A stretch of 64,000 bases of DNA, taken from positions 43,958,001 to 44,022,000 of the forward strand of contig NC_043015.1 in NCBI RefSeq assembly GCF_006345805.1, read 5' to 3'. Source of the DNA: Octopus sinensis (Eukaryota). Position numbers and translations under genes: made by a program. Below the pieces are notes generated by a model that was not told where the DNA came from, searched no databases, and saw only the letters and a list, made by a program, of their open reading frames with translations. Positions 49,840 to 62,485 of the stretch are shown here, piece by piece (positions within the stretch are counted from its first letter, which is position 1; the number at the start of each line of letters is the position of its first letter).

Positions 49840-49877
<38 letters not shown>
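49360..49877. repeat. Degenerate (GATA)n array at the 3' junction of the Tx1 element
   Basis: Directly visible. Confidence 0.97.
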
Positions 49878-49949
49878 TGTTTCTTTATTAGCCACACAGG
49901 GCTGCACACAGATAGAACAAATTACAAGGTAGAGCTTTTCTTTTGAAGG

Positions 49950-49983
<34 letters not shown>

Positions 49984-50286
49984 AAGGGGGAGGTTCGATC
50001 AAAAGGGATCGTAAAAGGAGAGAAAGAGGACAAAAAAAAAGGGGGGTAAAAAAAAAAAAAAAAAAAAAAAAGGGGAGAGGAAAAAAAAAAAAAAAATGAT
50101 CAATAGGGATCGTTATCACAGAAATGTCAATATGAAGTGTAAAGGGGAGGACAGGTGAGGTTTACCCGTGGAAAGAAAAGCCTACGGAAAAGACCACGGT
50201 AACCTCGGTCAATGAAGTCACATTTTATATTTCTTTTTTTTTTTTTTTTTTGCAAATAAGCAACTCTCTGTTTTCGATTTCTGGGT

Positions 50287-53200
50287 TCATAGGACTATGC
50301 TCAAGGTGGCTTCGTCATTCATACGTGCCATTCTTGCTACATTCACCAATTTTTTTAAAACATTCGCTAGACAAAACTTGCCTCTCTACTCTCACTTTCC
50401 TTTTCAAGTGGTACTGGAAGTTGATGAGAGATGTGATGAGAGATTGACCAGAGAGGAAAGTGTTTGTCTCCAATCCTTTCAGACGCGTCCACCAGATACA
50501 TTCTTTCGCCATAGCCACAAGGATGATGAAAATAGCTCTTCCTTCCGTTTGAAGGAAGGAGGCGTGACAATATTGACGATAGACTCAGCTGATAAACCGA
50601 CTCGTCCCACACGTGACAGCAGTTGTTCGACATAAGCCCACAGGTCGGAAATTGTTGGACACTGAACGAGTGCGTGCAGAACGGTTTCGTCGCTCTGACC
50701 GCATCTCGGGCAGGTCGGCCCCGTGTTTCTCGAGCCGTGTCTGTAGAGCTTATCCCGAACGGGTAGCGCTTCTCGGTAGCACTGCCAGGCCAGGGATCTC
50801 TGGAAGTTGTCCATGGGCCCTGGCCCGAAAGTCGTCCCGAACAGGCGGGTCAGGTACTCCTCGTCGACGTCCAGGTTCGCCCCGAGCTCGTCGTCGTACC
50901 TCCCCTCCACTAAACCCCTATAGAATGCTTTGGTTGTGTTGAAGTCACTTAAGGTCGACCCAGGACGGCAGAGTTGCTTGAGAGCAACGCGACACTCGCG
51001 GTGCCATTCGCCCTTCCTCGGCCTCTTTTTGATCCACGACTGCAGTTCGGTCATGGAGACGAGCTGCGGGAAAGCGTGCCTCACAAACGGCGACCACACC
51101 TGTTCACCGTCGTCTACATAGAGCCAGAGATGTCGCAGTCTCAGCGCGTGTCTGCGCATCATCAACCACGGCATGCCCAGCCCTCCTTTTAACGGGTGTT
51201 GACAGCAAATGGATCGCCTGACCATCGGGACGCATCCTTTCCACAAGAAGCGAAAGAGGATGCGTTGTAGTTTGGTGATGGTAGGGTCGGGACAAGGTAC
51301 GACGGTCAGGCGGTAGTAGTAGATGACGGACGCGATGTACGTGTTCGCCACCTCCGCTCGACCTTTTAGGGACAGTTTCCTCTCGGCCCATTGCCGGGCG
51401 AGAGTGACCACCCTACTCGTTATCTCGTTCCAGTTCTTCTCCACTTGGAGGTCCGGACCAAACCAGACCCCGAGCAACTCAACCGGGCCGTCGGTCCAGC
51501 GTCCCACGACGGAGGCGCTGGTGGACGGCATGGGCTTGCTTCTCCAGGTGCCTAGTCGCAAGCCCACTGACTTTTCCCGGTTGATTTTCGCTCCTGTCAC
51601 CGCTTCGTAGTTTTTCAGTGTCTCGCCGACCAGCTCGATGTGCTCGTGGCTAGACACTATGACGGTGACGTCGTCCGCGTATGCAGACACGCTCGTCCCG
51701 CATCCCAATTCTCGCGGGATGCCCCTTAGAGTCGCCAGCTTCCGCAGTAGTGGCTCAAGAGTCAATACGTATAGAAGCGCCGAGAGGGGGCATCCCTGAC
51801 GGACCGAACGTGCAATGTCGAAAGGTCTCGATAGATGTCCATTTACGCGAATTACCGAACGGATGCCTCTGTACAAGGCAGCTATCCAGCCGCGGAAGAC
51901 GGGACCGAAACCAGCCGCTCTCAGGACTGCCTCCAAGTATCGATGGTCTACCCTATCAAAGGCTTTTGATTGATCCAAGTTGATCAGGGCCCCACCCATG
52001 CCAGGTTCGTTAACTACCCTGTCTATGATGTAGCGCATCAGATGGAGGTTGTCATGGATGGTCCGCCTGGCACGGCGCATGTTTGCGCCTTGTCGACCAG
52101 TTTCTCGATGACAAGCGCCAACCTCTTGGCTAGCACCTTGGCCAAAATTTTCAAGTCTGCATTAAGCAGAGTGATGGGCCTAAAGTTATCTATTACATTT
52201 CCCTTGTTTAGATCTTTCTTCAGCAGTGTTACGGCTCCTCGGCTCACAAAACCAGGAATGCTCCCGTTTTGCTGCCAGTTGCAGTACACCGCCGCCAAGA
52301 GATCTCCAAACAAGTCTGGCATACAATTGTAAAGCTCGTAGGGTAGACCATCCAAAACCGGTGATTTGTCCCTCGAGCATTCTGCCATCGCTTCCCGCAC
52401 TTCCGCCGCCGTGATGGCACCTTCGCAGCACCCTGCCTTTCTTGTCGAGAGTCGTGGTAGGCTATGTAGGTAGGCACTGAAGTCCACCCTACGTTCTTGC
52501 CCTCCACTCGTTCCGAACAGTCGGGCAAAATGCTGCTGAAAGGCCTCACACATTTTACTTGGCTCGAGCAATTCGCGCCCCTGTTCATCTACCAGTGACC
52601 GAATGGTGGCTTTGTTGCCCTGTTGCGCCTCTGCCACCCGGGCCTCTCTCGCGGCTCCAACACCTTCGTTCCTTAGAGCACGCATCCTAGCTCTGACAGC
52701 ACATCCTTCGTGTTTGGCGTTGAAGTGTTGGTCGAGGGCCAACCTCGCCGCCAAAACGTCGGATGCGATGCCGCTTCTAATTGCCTCTTCTAGCTTCTTA
52801 ACTAGCTCACCCTCTACTCTATTTCTATCTATGGCTAGTGCTTTGCTGTACCTAATCGCTTCTGCTTTTACTGCTCTCTTGAGGGCAAACCACCATTTGT
52901 TGTTGATGATGGCTCCCGTCAAAGCCCTCTTTACTAGTGTGCTAATCCGGTCTCTGAAAACTTGTCTCGATGGGAAAGACGCGTTTAGTTTCCAGTATCC
53001 GGGACCCTGCCTAAGTGTCTTACCTAAGTCTAGCGTACATGTCACAAGTTTGTGATCCGTGTAGCTGACTATGTGGAATTGTGGACATCCTATGCTATCT
53101 CTATCTACTGTCCTACACAGTATCCTATCTAGATACGATCTCGACGACCCGATGCGGTTGCTCCATGTCCACGTTGGCGCATTCGGGTGGTCTAGTCGAA

Positions 53201-53732
53201 ACCTGTCAGACAGTTGAAAGCGTCTGAGCAGGTCTCTGAGGCATTTGCATCCCCGTCTATTCCTATCTCTACCCACGTAGTCTACATGCGTGTCCAAGGT
53301 AGCATTCCAATCCCCCACTAAGAGTAAAGGACGAGACGTTCCCAAGAAAACTTCTAGACGTTGAAAGAAATCCGCCCGACCTGTTAAGGGCGGTGCGTAA
53401 ACTGATACGAGTCGAAAAGCGCACCCATTGCTGCCGTCGACATCCAGGACGACCAGTCTACCCTCCGGGTCTACGAATATTGTCCTTACATTGAGATCCA
53501 GACTCTTGTGAAAAAGTACCGCGGTGCCACTACCGCCCATTCTCGGCAGACAGGGGGAAAAATAAATGTTGAACTGTCCGCCAAACATGGTCTTTAGGGC
53601 CCGCGGATTGTGGAGTCTGGTCTCGCTTATGGCTATGATTTCTAACTTATGTGACTTTATGTCATTTAAGAGGTACCCTTGTTTCCAAGGGGACCCCAAG
53701 CCACGCGCATTTACACAACCAATCTTGATCAT
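50287..53732 (-). pseudogene. Tx1 ORF2: apurinic endonuclease + reverse transcriptase + C-terminal CCHC zinc finger, with at least 3 frameshifts
   Basis: APE: IGCVNARGL, SETRL, VYAP, GDWN, YLDRI, TDHKLV. RT: FRPITLLNADLKILAK, DQSKAFDRVDH, RQGCPLS, YADD. ZF: CPRC...HALVQC. Frame changes near 52065, 50545 and 50350; inferred stop at 50287-50289. Confidence 0.95.
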
Positions 53733-53759
53733 AGTTCTAATGAATTAGAATACAGAGGG

Positions 53760-54964
53760 TTACTTACTGCTCGAAAGTTTTGCTTTCTCCTCCGTTGGTT
53801 TGTCCTCGAGAAGATCCCAGTACAGTTTCTTTGTGAGATTTTTTGGCATTTACCAACCGCACTGGGGAAAATGCCTTTGAGTGTGTGGTGCAGACTTTTG
53901 GAGATGTGTATTATTTTGATGTGGTCTGGTGGTGTTGGTATGGTGGTTGTTGTTTGTTTTTATGTCATCTTCTGTTATGTTTGTTTTTGATTGGATGTAT
54001 TCCATCAAATTTGTGTTTTTGGTGCTATGGCTGTGAGCATGTTTGCTGTATATGTTTTGTGGTGTTGGTGTGGCTGTTGTTTGCGTTGGGTTTTGAAATG
54101 TCTTCGGGAGATGTATTTCCCCCTGCTTTGTTCGTGTTTGCATTTGGTTTGGTTGTGTTTCTGCTCTTTATTTTCCTTCTTTTTGTAGCTATTTGCCATT
54201 CCTCACTGGTTTCGTCTTCCGACGAAATTTCTGAGGAATCAGAAGGGGGTAGGGGTATGTTGGGGCTTCTATGTATGTCTGTGTAAGTGGTTGTATTGTT
54301 GTTTTCGTTGTGTTGTTGTTGAGTGTTTGTGTGTGTTGAGTGCGGGGTATAAGGGATGGGGGATCAGTTTGTGTGTGATTTCTTTGTTTTTCTGTTCCTT
54401 TGGGTTTTGCTGTTGATGGTGGTGTTGGTATTTTTCCAGGTGTCGAGTGGTTTTTGGTTGATGACGGATTAGCTTGGTGTGCTTCTCTTGTCGTCTTCTG
54501 TGTTGATGGTGGTGGGGTAGTAGAGCTTTTTTTCCGGAGTGCTTTGGTTGTGGTAGTGGTTGTTGTTGTTGCTCTTGGTGTGCAGTGGTTGGGCACGTCT
54601 TTTTCAAGTGTGTTTCGCTTCCACACAAATAGCAGCGTGGTCGCCTGCCCTCTACCACTATATAGAGTTTGTAGCCTCCTGGCAGTTCTATAGCCGTGGG
54701 TATCTTCTCTCTTGCTGCTTCATCCAATTGAAGCAGGAATTCGATTGATTTGCCCACATAGTCTTTCTCTCCTAGAACCGCGATTTCCAGGATGTTTGTC
54801 TCTGACATTGTCTCTGACATTTCAAAGCAGATGGCAGAGACCACCCATTGTGTTTCGACATCAAATGGTATGTTTTTTATTTGGACTTTCGTGACCCTTT
54901 TGTTTAAATAGACTGGTATCATTACCAAGTCGTCCGAATGTAGCTCCAATGTGGAAAAACGTTT
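53760..54964 (-). pseudogene. Tx1 ORF1 (gag-like), N-terminally truncated and frameshifted
   Basis: TKVQIKNIPF (RRM-like), zinc knuckle CYLCGSETHLKKTC (54593-54634), low-complexity T/N/K/Q tail, TAA at 53760-53762 just upstream of the ORF2 ATG. The N-terminal ~85 aa in the ORF track are microsatellite read-through. Confidence 0.85.
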
Positions 54965-55094
54965 TAGATAGATAGATAGATAGAAAGGCAGTACGGACAG
55001 ACTTGAAATATGCGCACACAAAAGCACACAGAAACACAAGAACATACACGCACACACAAGCACACCATGTATATGCACACATATATATGCAGAG

Positions 55095-55151
<57 letters not shown>

Positions 55152-55541
55152 CACAAGGCATACACATACAGACATATATAGGCCCACATGCATACAAAAC
55201 AGGCACACGTGCACCAACACACATACTTCTACGGAAACGGAAGCAGTAGATACACACGCACACCACACAAATATACATACACAAACACACAAGCACGCAC
55301 ACACAGACACAGGAATACACAGACGCAGAATACATACATACATACAGATACATACATACATACATACATACATATTTACGCACGCAAGCACACGAGCCCA
55401 CTGGCATGCACACACACGCACACAACAAGATCTCAGGCAGACTAACGCGGCCTCTGTAACGGACTAAGAGAAATGTAATTAAAAAGTTGCAAACAGCAAA
55501 GAAAGACCTTTGACAAAAAAAAAGTGACTTACAGTTTAACC

Positions 55542-56075
55542 CAGAGGTTCCCAACCGGGGTCCACAGAAGCTTTAAGGGTATCCACGAGTAAAAATTGCA
55601 ATTTGTGGGTCCTTATATAAATTTTGTTTACTAGAAGAGGTACCTGTATCTATAGAAATTTTCAAGATTTGTATTTGGAATTTATGTTATGACTATAACG
55701 AAATTGTTCCATTATTATTTCGTTTTGGGATTTGGTTTGCAAGATTCTTTATATGAGTTCGTGTGTTGAAGCATATTCTTTTTTTTTTCTGGGAAGAGTC
55801 ATTTTCTTTTTGTGCCTTATCATGTAACACACTCACCTGTAAAATTTACACTTCTTTCTTTTAAGTAAGTGGAAATTTTACCGGTGAATGTGTTACTTTA
55901 TAAGGCACAAAAAGAAAATGATTCTCCCCACACACAACAGAAGTTCCATTATTAGTTTTTACTAACCTACAAACAAATATTTTATTTCAAAAATTTACAT
56001 GTGCATGTATGGTGTCCACAGATGATAAGTTAGCTCTCAGGAGGTCCACAAGCAAAATAAGTTTGGGAAACCCTG
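55542..56075. mobile_element. hAT-like MITE with a nested fold-back element
   Basis: TIRs cagaggttcccaac / gtttgggaaaccctg; degenerate 8-bp TSD gtttaacc/ggttagcc. Confidence 0.75.
55718..55942. mobile_element. Fold-back family b copy
   Basis: Same leader as 9684 (tttcgttttgggatttggtttgcaagattctttatatgagttcgtgtgttgaagcatattc); shorter arms. Confidence 0.88.
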
Positions 56076-56199
56076 GGTTAGCCAAATTAAACAAACAATC
56101 GATTAATTAGTTGAATATTTGACCAATTGGCTATTAATAAAGGAATGGAATTGATCCAATACCTGTGTTAATAATACTGGCTTTATCACTCTCATTAAA

Positions 56200-56369
56200 C
56201 ACAACAAAACACACACACACACAAATAATATATATATAAATATATATATATTATATATATGCACGCACATATACGTCTGTTAGGTAAATGTGCGTGCAAG
56301 TTAGTGTGTATGTGTGCATGTATACATGTGTACACGACTATGTAAATGCATATACATATGTGTGTAATG

Positions 56370-56434
<65 letters not shown>

Positions 56435-56767
56435 TATGTACATATATATTATATATGGTATTATATTATATGTATAAATATATGTAATATATATTCAATG
56501 TTATATGTATGTATATATGAATGTATATAAATATGTATATATATATGTGTTTGTATATATATGTATATATGTGTGCGTATATATGTATATATATATATAT
56601 TATATGTATATTATATATGTATAGTGTGTGTAGATATGTGTATATATATATCTGTATTATATACATAATATGCATATATATATATATGTATGTATATATG
56701 TGTGTGTATATATGTGTATATATATACATATATATGCATATATATATATACATATATATGTATATAT

Positions 56768-56812
<45 letters not shown>

Positions 56813-56990
56813 CATAACATAATATACATATGGATATATATCCTCACACACATTCAGATACACGCACTCACATACACTCTCCCACATATCTACACATCTA
56901 CCACTCGCACACACACATACACAGATTACACACACACAACCACATACACAAACACAGACACGCACACACATACTCATATATATATATATA
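56200..56990. repeat. (TA)/(TG)/(CA) microsatellite field
   Basis: Directly visible. Confidence 0.93.
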
Positions 56991-57724
56991 TAATTTCATT
57001 GTATTTACGTCATTCCGTGAATATAATTTGCCGTGTCCTTGTACATATGCATAAGAAATCAATTCTCTTTACGTGAGATTTTTTGTTGTCGTTGCTGTTG
57101 TTGTTGTTGTCTCGTTGCTGTTGTTTTAACTGGGAGTTTTTGTTTTTACTAATATTTATTCGTTTTGTTTTTGTATTGTTTTTGTATTGTTTCTTCTTCC
57201 GTTTTTTTACGAGCTTCTCAGTGAGTTTGAGTGGGTGTTTAAGTGAATACTTAAGCTCCACTTCTATCAGCACTGCAGTTAAAACAGTGGCTCTCACACG
57301 AGTACGTAAACTGACTTATACACACACACACACACACACGTACACATGCATGCAGCCACTACACACACTCACAAACACCTCACATATACACACGTACATT
57401 TAAACATAAATGCGTGAGTGAATGAGCGGGCTTCAACGCAGTTACTCGACTTGTTATCAATGGCGGCCAAATCGCCATCAAATAATTGCACTTAACCCAA
57501 CGTTTTCCACAGAAGCTGGGACCTGCTCAGAATAATAATAATCTGGGCAGATAGATTGTCATGTTGTTTTTAAACGTTTCGAATTTGCTCTTGACGAAGA
57601 CACATGAATTAGATAGAAACTAGGAGAGACACAGAAGGATCATGATTTTTCATTAGTTATCGACCGAAAATAATTATACTCAGTTTCGTGCCTTTAACGA
57701 TAAAACTGAGAACTTCGTATATCG

Positions 57725-58027
57725 GTACACACACACATGCATGTATGCATACATACATACATACGTACGCACTACGTACGTACATACATACATACATACA
57801 TACATACATACATACATACATACATACATGCATACATACAAACATACGTACGTACGTACGTACATACATACATACATACATACATACATACATACATACA
57901 TACATACATACATACGTACGTACGTACGTACGTACGTACATACAAACATACCTACATACATACATACATACGTACATAAATACATACATACATACATACT
58001 TACATACATACATACATACATACATAC

Positions 58028-58058
<31 letters not shown>

Positions 58059-59155
58059 CATTCATACATACATACATACATACATACATAAATACATACA
58101 TACATACATACATACATACATACATACATACATACATGGTGGCTGCCCCCTCGTTATCGCGTATGGTCATTGCACGAAGCTTAATCAATGTTGTTATCGT
58201 GCAATGTCTGTGCAAGAAGATTTTTTTTTAAGTGAGGAAAGGCCGTGCACAGAGTCAATCTCACTCATTAAGCAACAGCAACCATAATCCGTAAAGAAGA
58301 ACAAGTCAACATCATCGATAACCACTGAGCCGCAGGTTTTATGTCGGAGTTATCTCAGTTACCTGAGTTACTGTCTCCTAGAAGGATGCCCAAACAAAGG
58401 CTAGGAGTCCTTCACTCCCAATGGTTTAACCGCGCGATCGGGTATTCAGTCCGATTATTTCTATGTCCCCGCGCATGATACAGCCTTAAGACATTTATTG
58501 GATGGCTGTTGACTCTCAAGAGTTCTTCCACCCTTTGACGGGTTTTGTTTTTCATCATCCCGCAGGGTGTCCAGTAACACCCTCCTCACCAAGCAAGCTT
58601 GGTGGGGTTGCCGGTTTAGTCGCCGACGACCCGACCATGCAACAGTTGTACTGGGTTAACATGTTACCAGTAGCACTCGAAAGTGACCTGACATAACATA
58701 ATACATACATACATGCATACATACATACATACATACATACATACATACATAACACTAGTACACACACGTACATACATACATATATACATACATACGACAT
58801 GCATACATACATACATACATACATACATACATACATACATACAAACATACATACATAACATAACATACGTACACACACGTACACACACTACATACATACA
58901 ACATACATACATACATACATACATACATACACATACATACATACATACATAAACATACATACAAACACATACATACATACATACACACCATGCATACTAC
59001 ATACATCACATACATCATACATACATACAATACATACATTCATACATACATCCATACATACATGCATACATACATACATACGTACGTACGTAGATACATG
59101 CGTACATACAAGTATATATACATATATGTATGTATTTATGTATGTATATATATAT
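57725..59155. repeat. (CATA)n/(CGTA)n arrays flanking an inserted element
   Basis: Arrays at 57725-58137 and 58694-59155. Confidence 0.95.
58138..58693 (-). mobile_element. Non-coding RTE-5'-UTR-like element embedded in (TATG)n
   Basis: Shares 58337-58694 with 33665-34020; the motif ccttctaggaga..gtaactc on minus resembles RTE 5' UTRs (from memory). Confidence 0.7.
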
Positions 59156-59645
59156 TGGGTTTTGGCAAATAGAAAACCTTTGACCAAAGATTTGTTGGCT
59201 CACATCTAATCTGGGGCTAAACAAAAGTAAAAGCAATGACATAAACGCACTCTATTTAATCTCTCTCTCTCTCTCTCCCTCTCTCTTTCTGTCTATTTAT
59301 CTATCTCTATCTCCCTCTCTCTCTCCATCTCACTCTCCATCTCTCTCTTCCTCTCTCCTTCTCTGTCTCCCTCTCTCTCCTTCCTTCCCTTATCCTGTAT
59401 TATCTACATATATCTCTACACCTCAGACACACACACACCAAATAATATATATATACATATATTTACAAACTGTGTACGTGGGCGTGTGCCGCAAACTCTC
59501 TGTGTGTGTATGTACTTGTATATTTGTGTGTCTGTGTGTGTGTGTGTGTGAGTGTGTGTGCGCGCGCGTGTGCGTGTGTTTGTGTACGTGTTTGTGCTAA
59601 CGCGCGCTGACGAGCTAACTTAGCAGAACATCAGTTATATATACC

Positions 59646-59871
59646 TATTTCTTTACTACCCACAAGGGCCTAAACACAGAGAGGACAAACAAGGACAGAC
59701 AAAGGGATTAAGTCGATTACATCGACCCTAGTGCGTAACTGGTACTTATTTAATCGACCCCAAAGGAGGAAAGGCAAAGTCGACCTCGGCGGAATTTGAA
59801 CTCAGAACGTAGCGGCAGACGAAATACCTCTAAGAATATCGCCCGGCGTGCTAACGTTTCTGCCAGCTCCG
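59646..59871 (-). mobile_element. SINE-A monomer
   Basis: Reverse-complement family-A body and head. Confidence 0.92.
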
Positions 59872-60177
59872 CTACACAAGTAATTCCTCCCGACGAGCGC
59901 GGAGGACGGAAACCGTGGATCGTCTGTCTTATCAGGCTAAACCTTATGAGTGGATTTTCTTTCAGCTCATCACTATGTGATGATGAAACTTGACTTAATT
60001 ATAGAGTACCCGTGATCTATTTAAGGAAACAAAGGGGAAGGATAAACTGGTAACACCGCAGCATAGTTGGCTTGTATTTTCAGCTTGGTATACTGTGTCG
60101 ACATTAATCGGCTATCGTTTAATCCGATTAAACTATAGCCGACACCCGGTCAAGTAGGTCAACCAGAAGGAATCTTA

Positions 60178-60280
60178 CTATATATGTGTATGCGTGTGTG
60201 TGTGCATGTATGTATATGTATATGTGTGCATATGTACGTGAGTATGTGTGGATATATGTGTATGTGCATATATATAAGCG

Positions 60281-60323
<43 letters not shown>

Positions 60324-60406
60324 ATGTATGTATATATATATATATATGTGTATATATGTATATGTATATATGTATGTATATGTATGTGTATATATGTATG
60401 TATATT

Positions 60407-60439
<33 letters not shown>

Positions 60440-60690
60440 ATATGTATGTATATATATATACTATATATGTATGTATATGTATGTATGTATATAATATATA
60501 TATATAGTGTGTGTGTGTGTGTGTGGTGTAGATATATATGTATGTATATATGTATATGTATAAATATATATGTATATATATATATGTATGTATATATAAT
60601 ATATATATATATATATATAATATATATATATATATATCGATGTGTGTATGTATGTGCAAGGGTTGTATATATATATATATATATATGTTA
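60178..60690. repeat. (TA)/(TG)/(TATG) microsatellite field
   Basis: Directly visible. Confidence 0.93.
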
Positions 60691-60789
60691 TAGTTATCTA
60701 TCTTTAAGTAAAAGGTGACAGCACAGCATGGGTTATGAACGAAGAGATAAATATACTAGACGCATATAGATATGACTCCGCTTATTTAG

Positions 60790-60940
60790 TGATAATCTAT
60801 ATAAGCGCTTTGCATCCACGTTTCATGTTCAGCCCCATGGCACGGCGCTCAGGGCTAGTGTCTCCTACTATAGCTCCGCGCCGACCAAGGACTCGTAAGT
60901 GAACTTGGTTGACGGAAAGCGTGTGAATGCCTGTTGTGTG
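60790..60940 (+). mobile_element. Very old SINE-B-like fragment
   Basis: gtgtctcctactatagctccgcgccgaccaagg...ggttgacggaaa resembles the B body. Confidence 0.6.
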
Positions 60941-61167
60941 TGTGTCTGTCTGTGTGTAACTTGGAGTGTTGAGAGTTAGATTATACTTGACAGAGTCTTA
61001 ACAAATGCTAATGTCCCGTTGTATAAATTTGTGTGTGTTGCAACAGATGCAACGATCACCTATTATCCATGGTAGAATGCAGGTTTAATTGCTTATTGGG
61101 AAAGTTAAACAAGCTTGACAGAGTTTCTGCTTGTTTATTGCATTATCATTTGCTGTAATTAACTGGC

Positions 61168-61501
61168 GGAGGCGCAATGGCCCAGTGGTTAGGGCAGTGA
61201 ATTCGGAGTCAGAGGATCGCAGTTTCGATTCCCAGACCGGGCGTTGTGTGTGTTTATTGAGCCAAAACACCTACAGCTCCACGAGGTTCTGGCAGGGGGT
61301 GGTGTCGACCCTTGTTGTACTCTTTCGCCCCAACTTTCTCTCACTCTTTCTTCCTGTTTCTTGAGTAACGCTGCGATGGACTGGCGTCCCGTCCAGCTCG
61401 GGGGTAGCACATACGCCGGGAAACCGGGCCCATGAGCCTGGTTAGGCTTGAAAAGGGCGCATAAGTAAAAAGATAAACCCTTGGAGGCATAAATAAATAA
61501 A
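61168..61501 (+). mobile_element. SINE family D, full length, 11-bp TSD
   Basis: aattaactggc at 61157-61167 and 61502-61512; tRNA head with ggttagggc and tttcgattccc. Confidence 0.95.
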
Positions 61502-61605
61502 AATTAACTGGCAGCCACATACTTTAATTATAATTTTGTGAAATCTGTTCTTGAAACTGAAGTTCCACTGAAGAAATCCGTCGGTTCTGCAACAGATAAC
61601 GGTAT

Positions 61606-61795
61606 TCTTTTATTCTTTTATTTGTTTCAGTCATTTGACTGCGTCCATGCTGAAGCGCTGCATATAGTCGAACGAATCGACCCCAAGACTTATTCTTTGT
61701 AAGCCTAGTACTTATTTTATTGCTAAGTTACGGGAACGTAAACACGTCAACATCGGTTTTCAAGCGATGGTGGGGGACAAACACAGACACACAAA
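61606..61795 (-). mobile_element. SINE-B 3' half
   Basis: tttcagtcatttgactgcg...ggggacaaacacagac in reverse-complement orientation. Confidence 0.88.
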
Positions 61796-61937
61796 CATAT
61801 ACATACTTACATACATACATGCATGCATACATACATATATATATACATACATATATATACTTGGAAATGGATGCGTGGCGTTCGATCATATAATTATATA
61901 AATAATATATATGTGCATATATACATACATGTACATA

Positions 61938-61976
<39 letters not shown>

Positions 61977-61980
61977 CACA

Positions 61981-62335
61981 CATGCATATATGGGCACAGG
62001 ATGTCAAAAAACGTGAACAAAATGAGAAACGAGAACATAAAAAACAAAAACATGGAAAACTAACTTTTTTGCGAACAATGAAAGAAACAAATAGAGAAGC
62101 GAGACAGGCACCATAAAGAATATTCCTTTCATCCCTACGTTCGAAACGCGGAGTAGATAAAACAGGGGACAACTGATGAAGGGATTGTTCTTTATGTTGC
62201 CTGTCTCGTTTCTCTATTGGTTTCTTTCGTTGTGCGAAAAAACATTTCGTGTTCCATGTTTTTGACTTTCATGTACTCGTTTCTCATTTTATTCGCGTCT
62301 ATTTTTTTTATGTCCTGTACCTATATATACATGTA
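61981..62335. mobile_element. Fold-back family c: ~155-bp imperfect inverted arms, 41-bp spacer
   Basis: Arms at 61981-62133 and 62175-62335; flanked by TA tracts. Confidence 0.85.
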
Positions 62336-62485
62336 TATATACATATATATGTAGGTATGTACATATGCATATATATATATATATATATACATATATTTAT
62401 ATATATATAGCGGAGTAAGCACATATACGTGAAACAATATATATACATATATATATATATATTATATATATATAATATATATATC

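Larger units (their letters stand above)
49878..54964 (-). mobile_element. Tx1/L1-clade non-LTR retrotransposon, 5'-truncated within ORF1
   Basis: ORF1 with CCHC knuckle; ORF2 APE-RT-zinc finger; ~410-bp 3' UTR with AATAAA (49884-49889); (TATC)n at both junctions. Confidence 0.95.

Noticed and set aside
50613-53055. Plus-strand ORFs overlapping Tx1 ORF2
   Set aside because: Antisense shadows of a GC-richer coding sequence.
59600-59635. CTGACGA-gctaacttagc-AGAAC hammerhead-like string
   Set aside because: GAAA core is broken and there is no stem I or stem III pairing.
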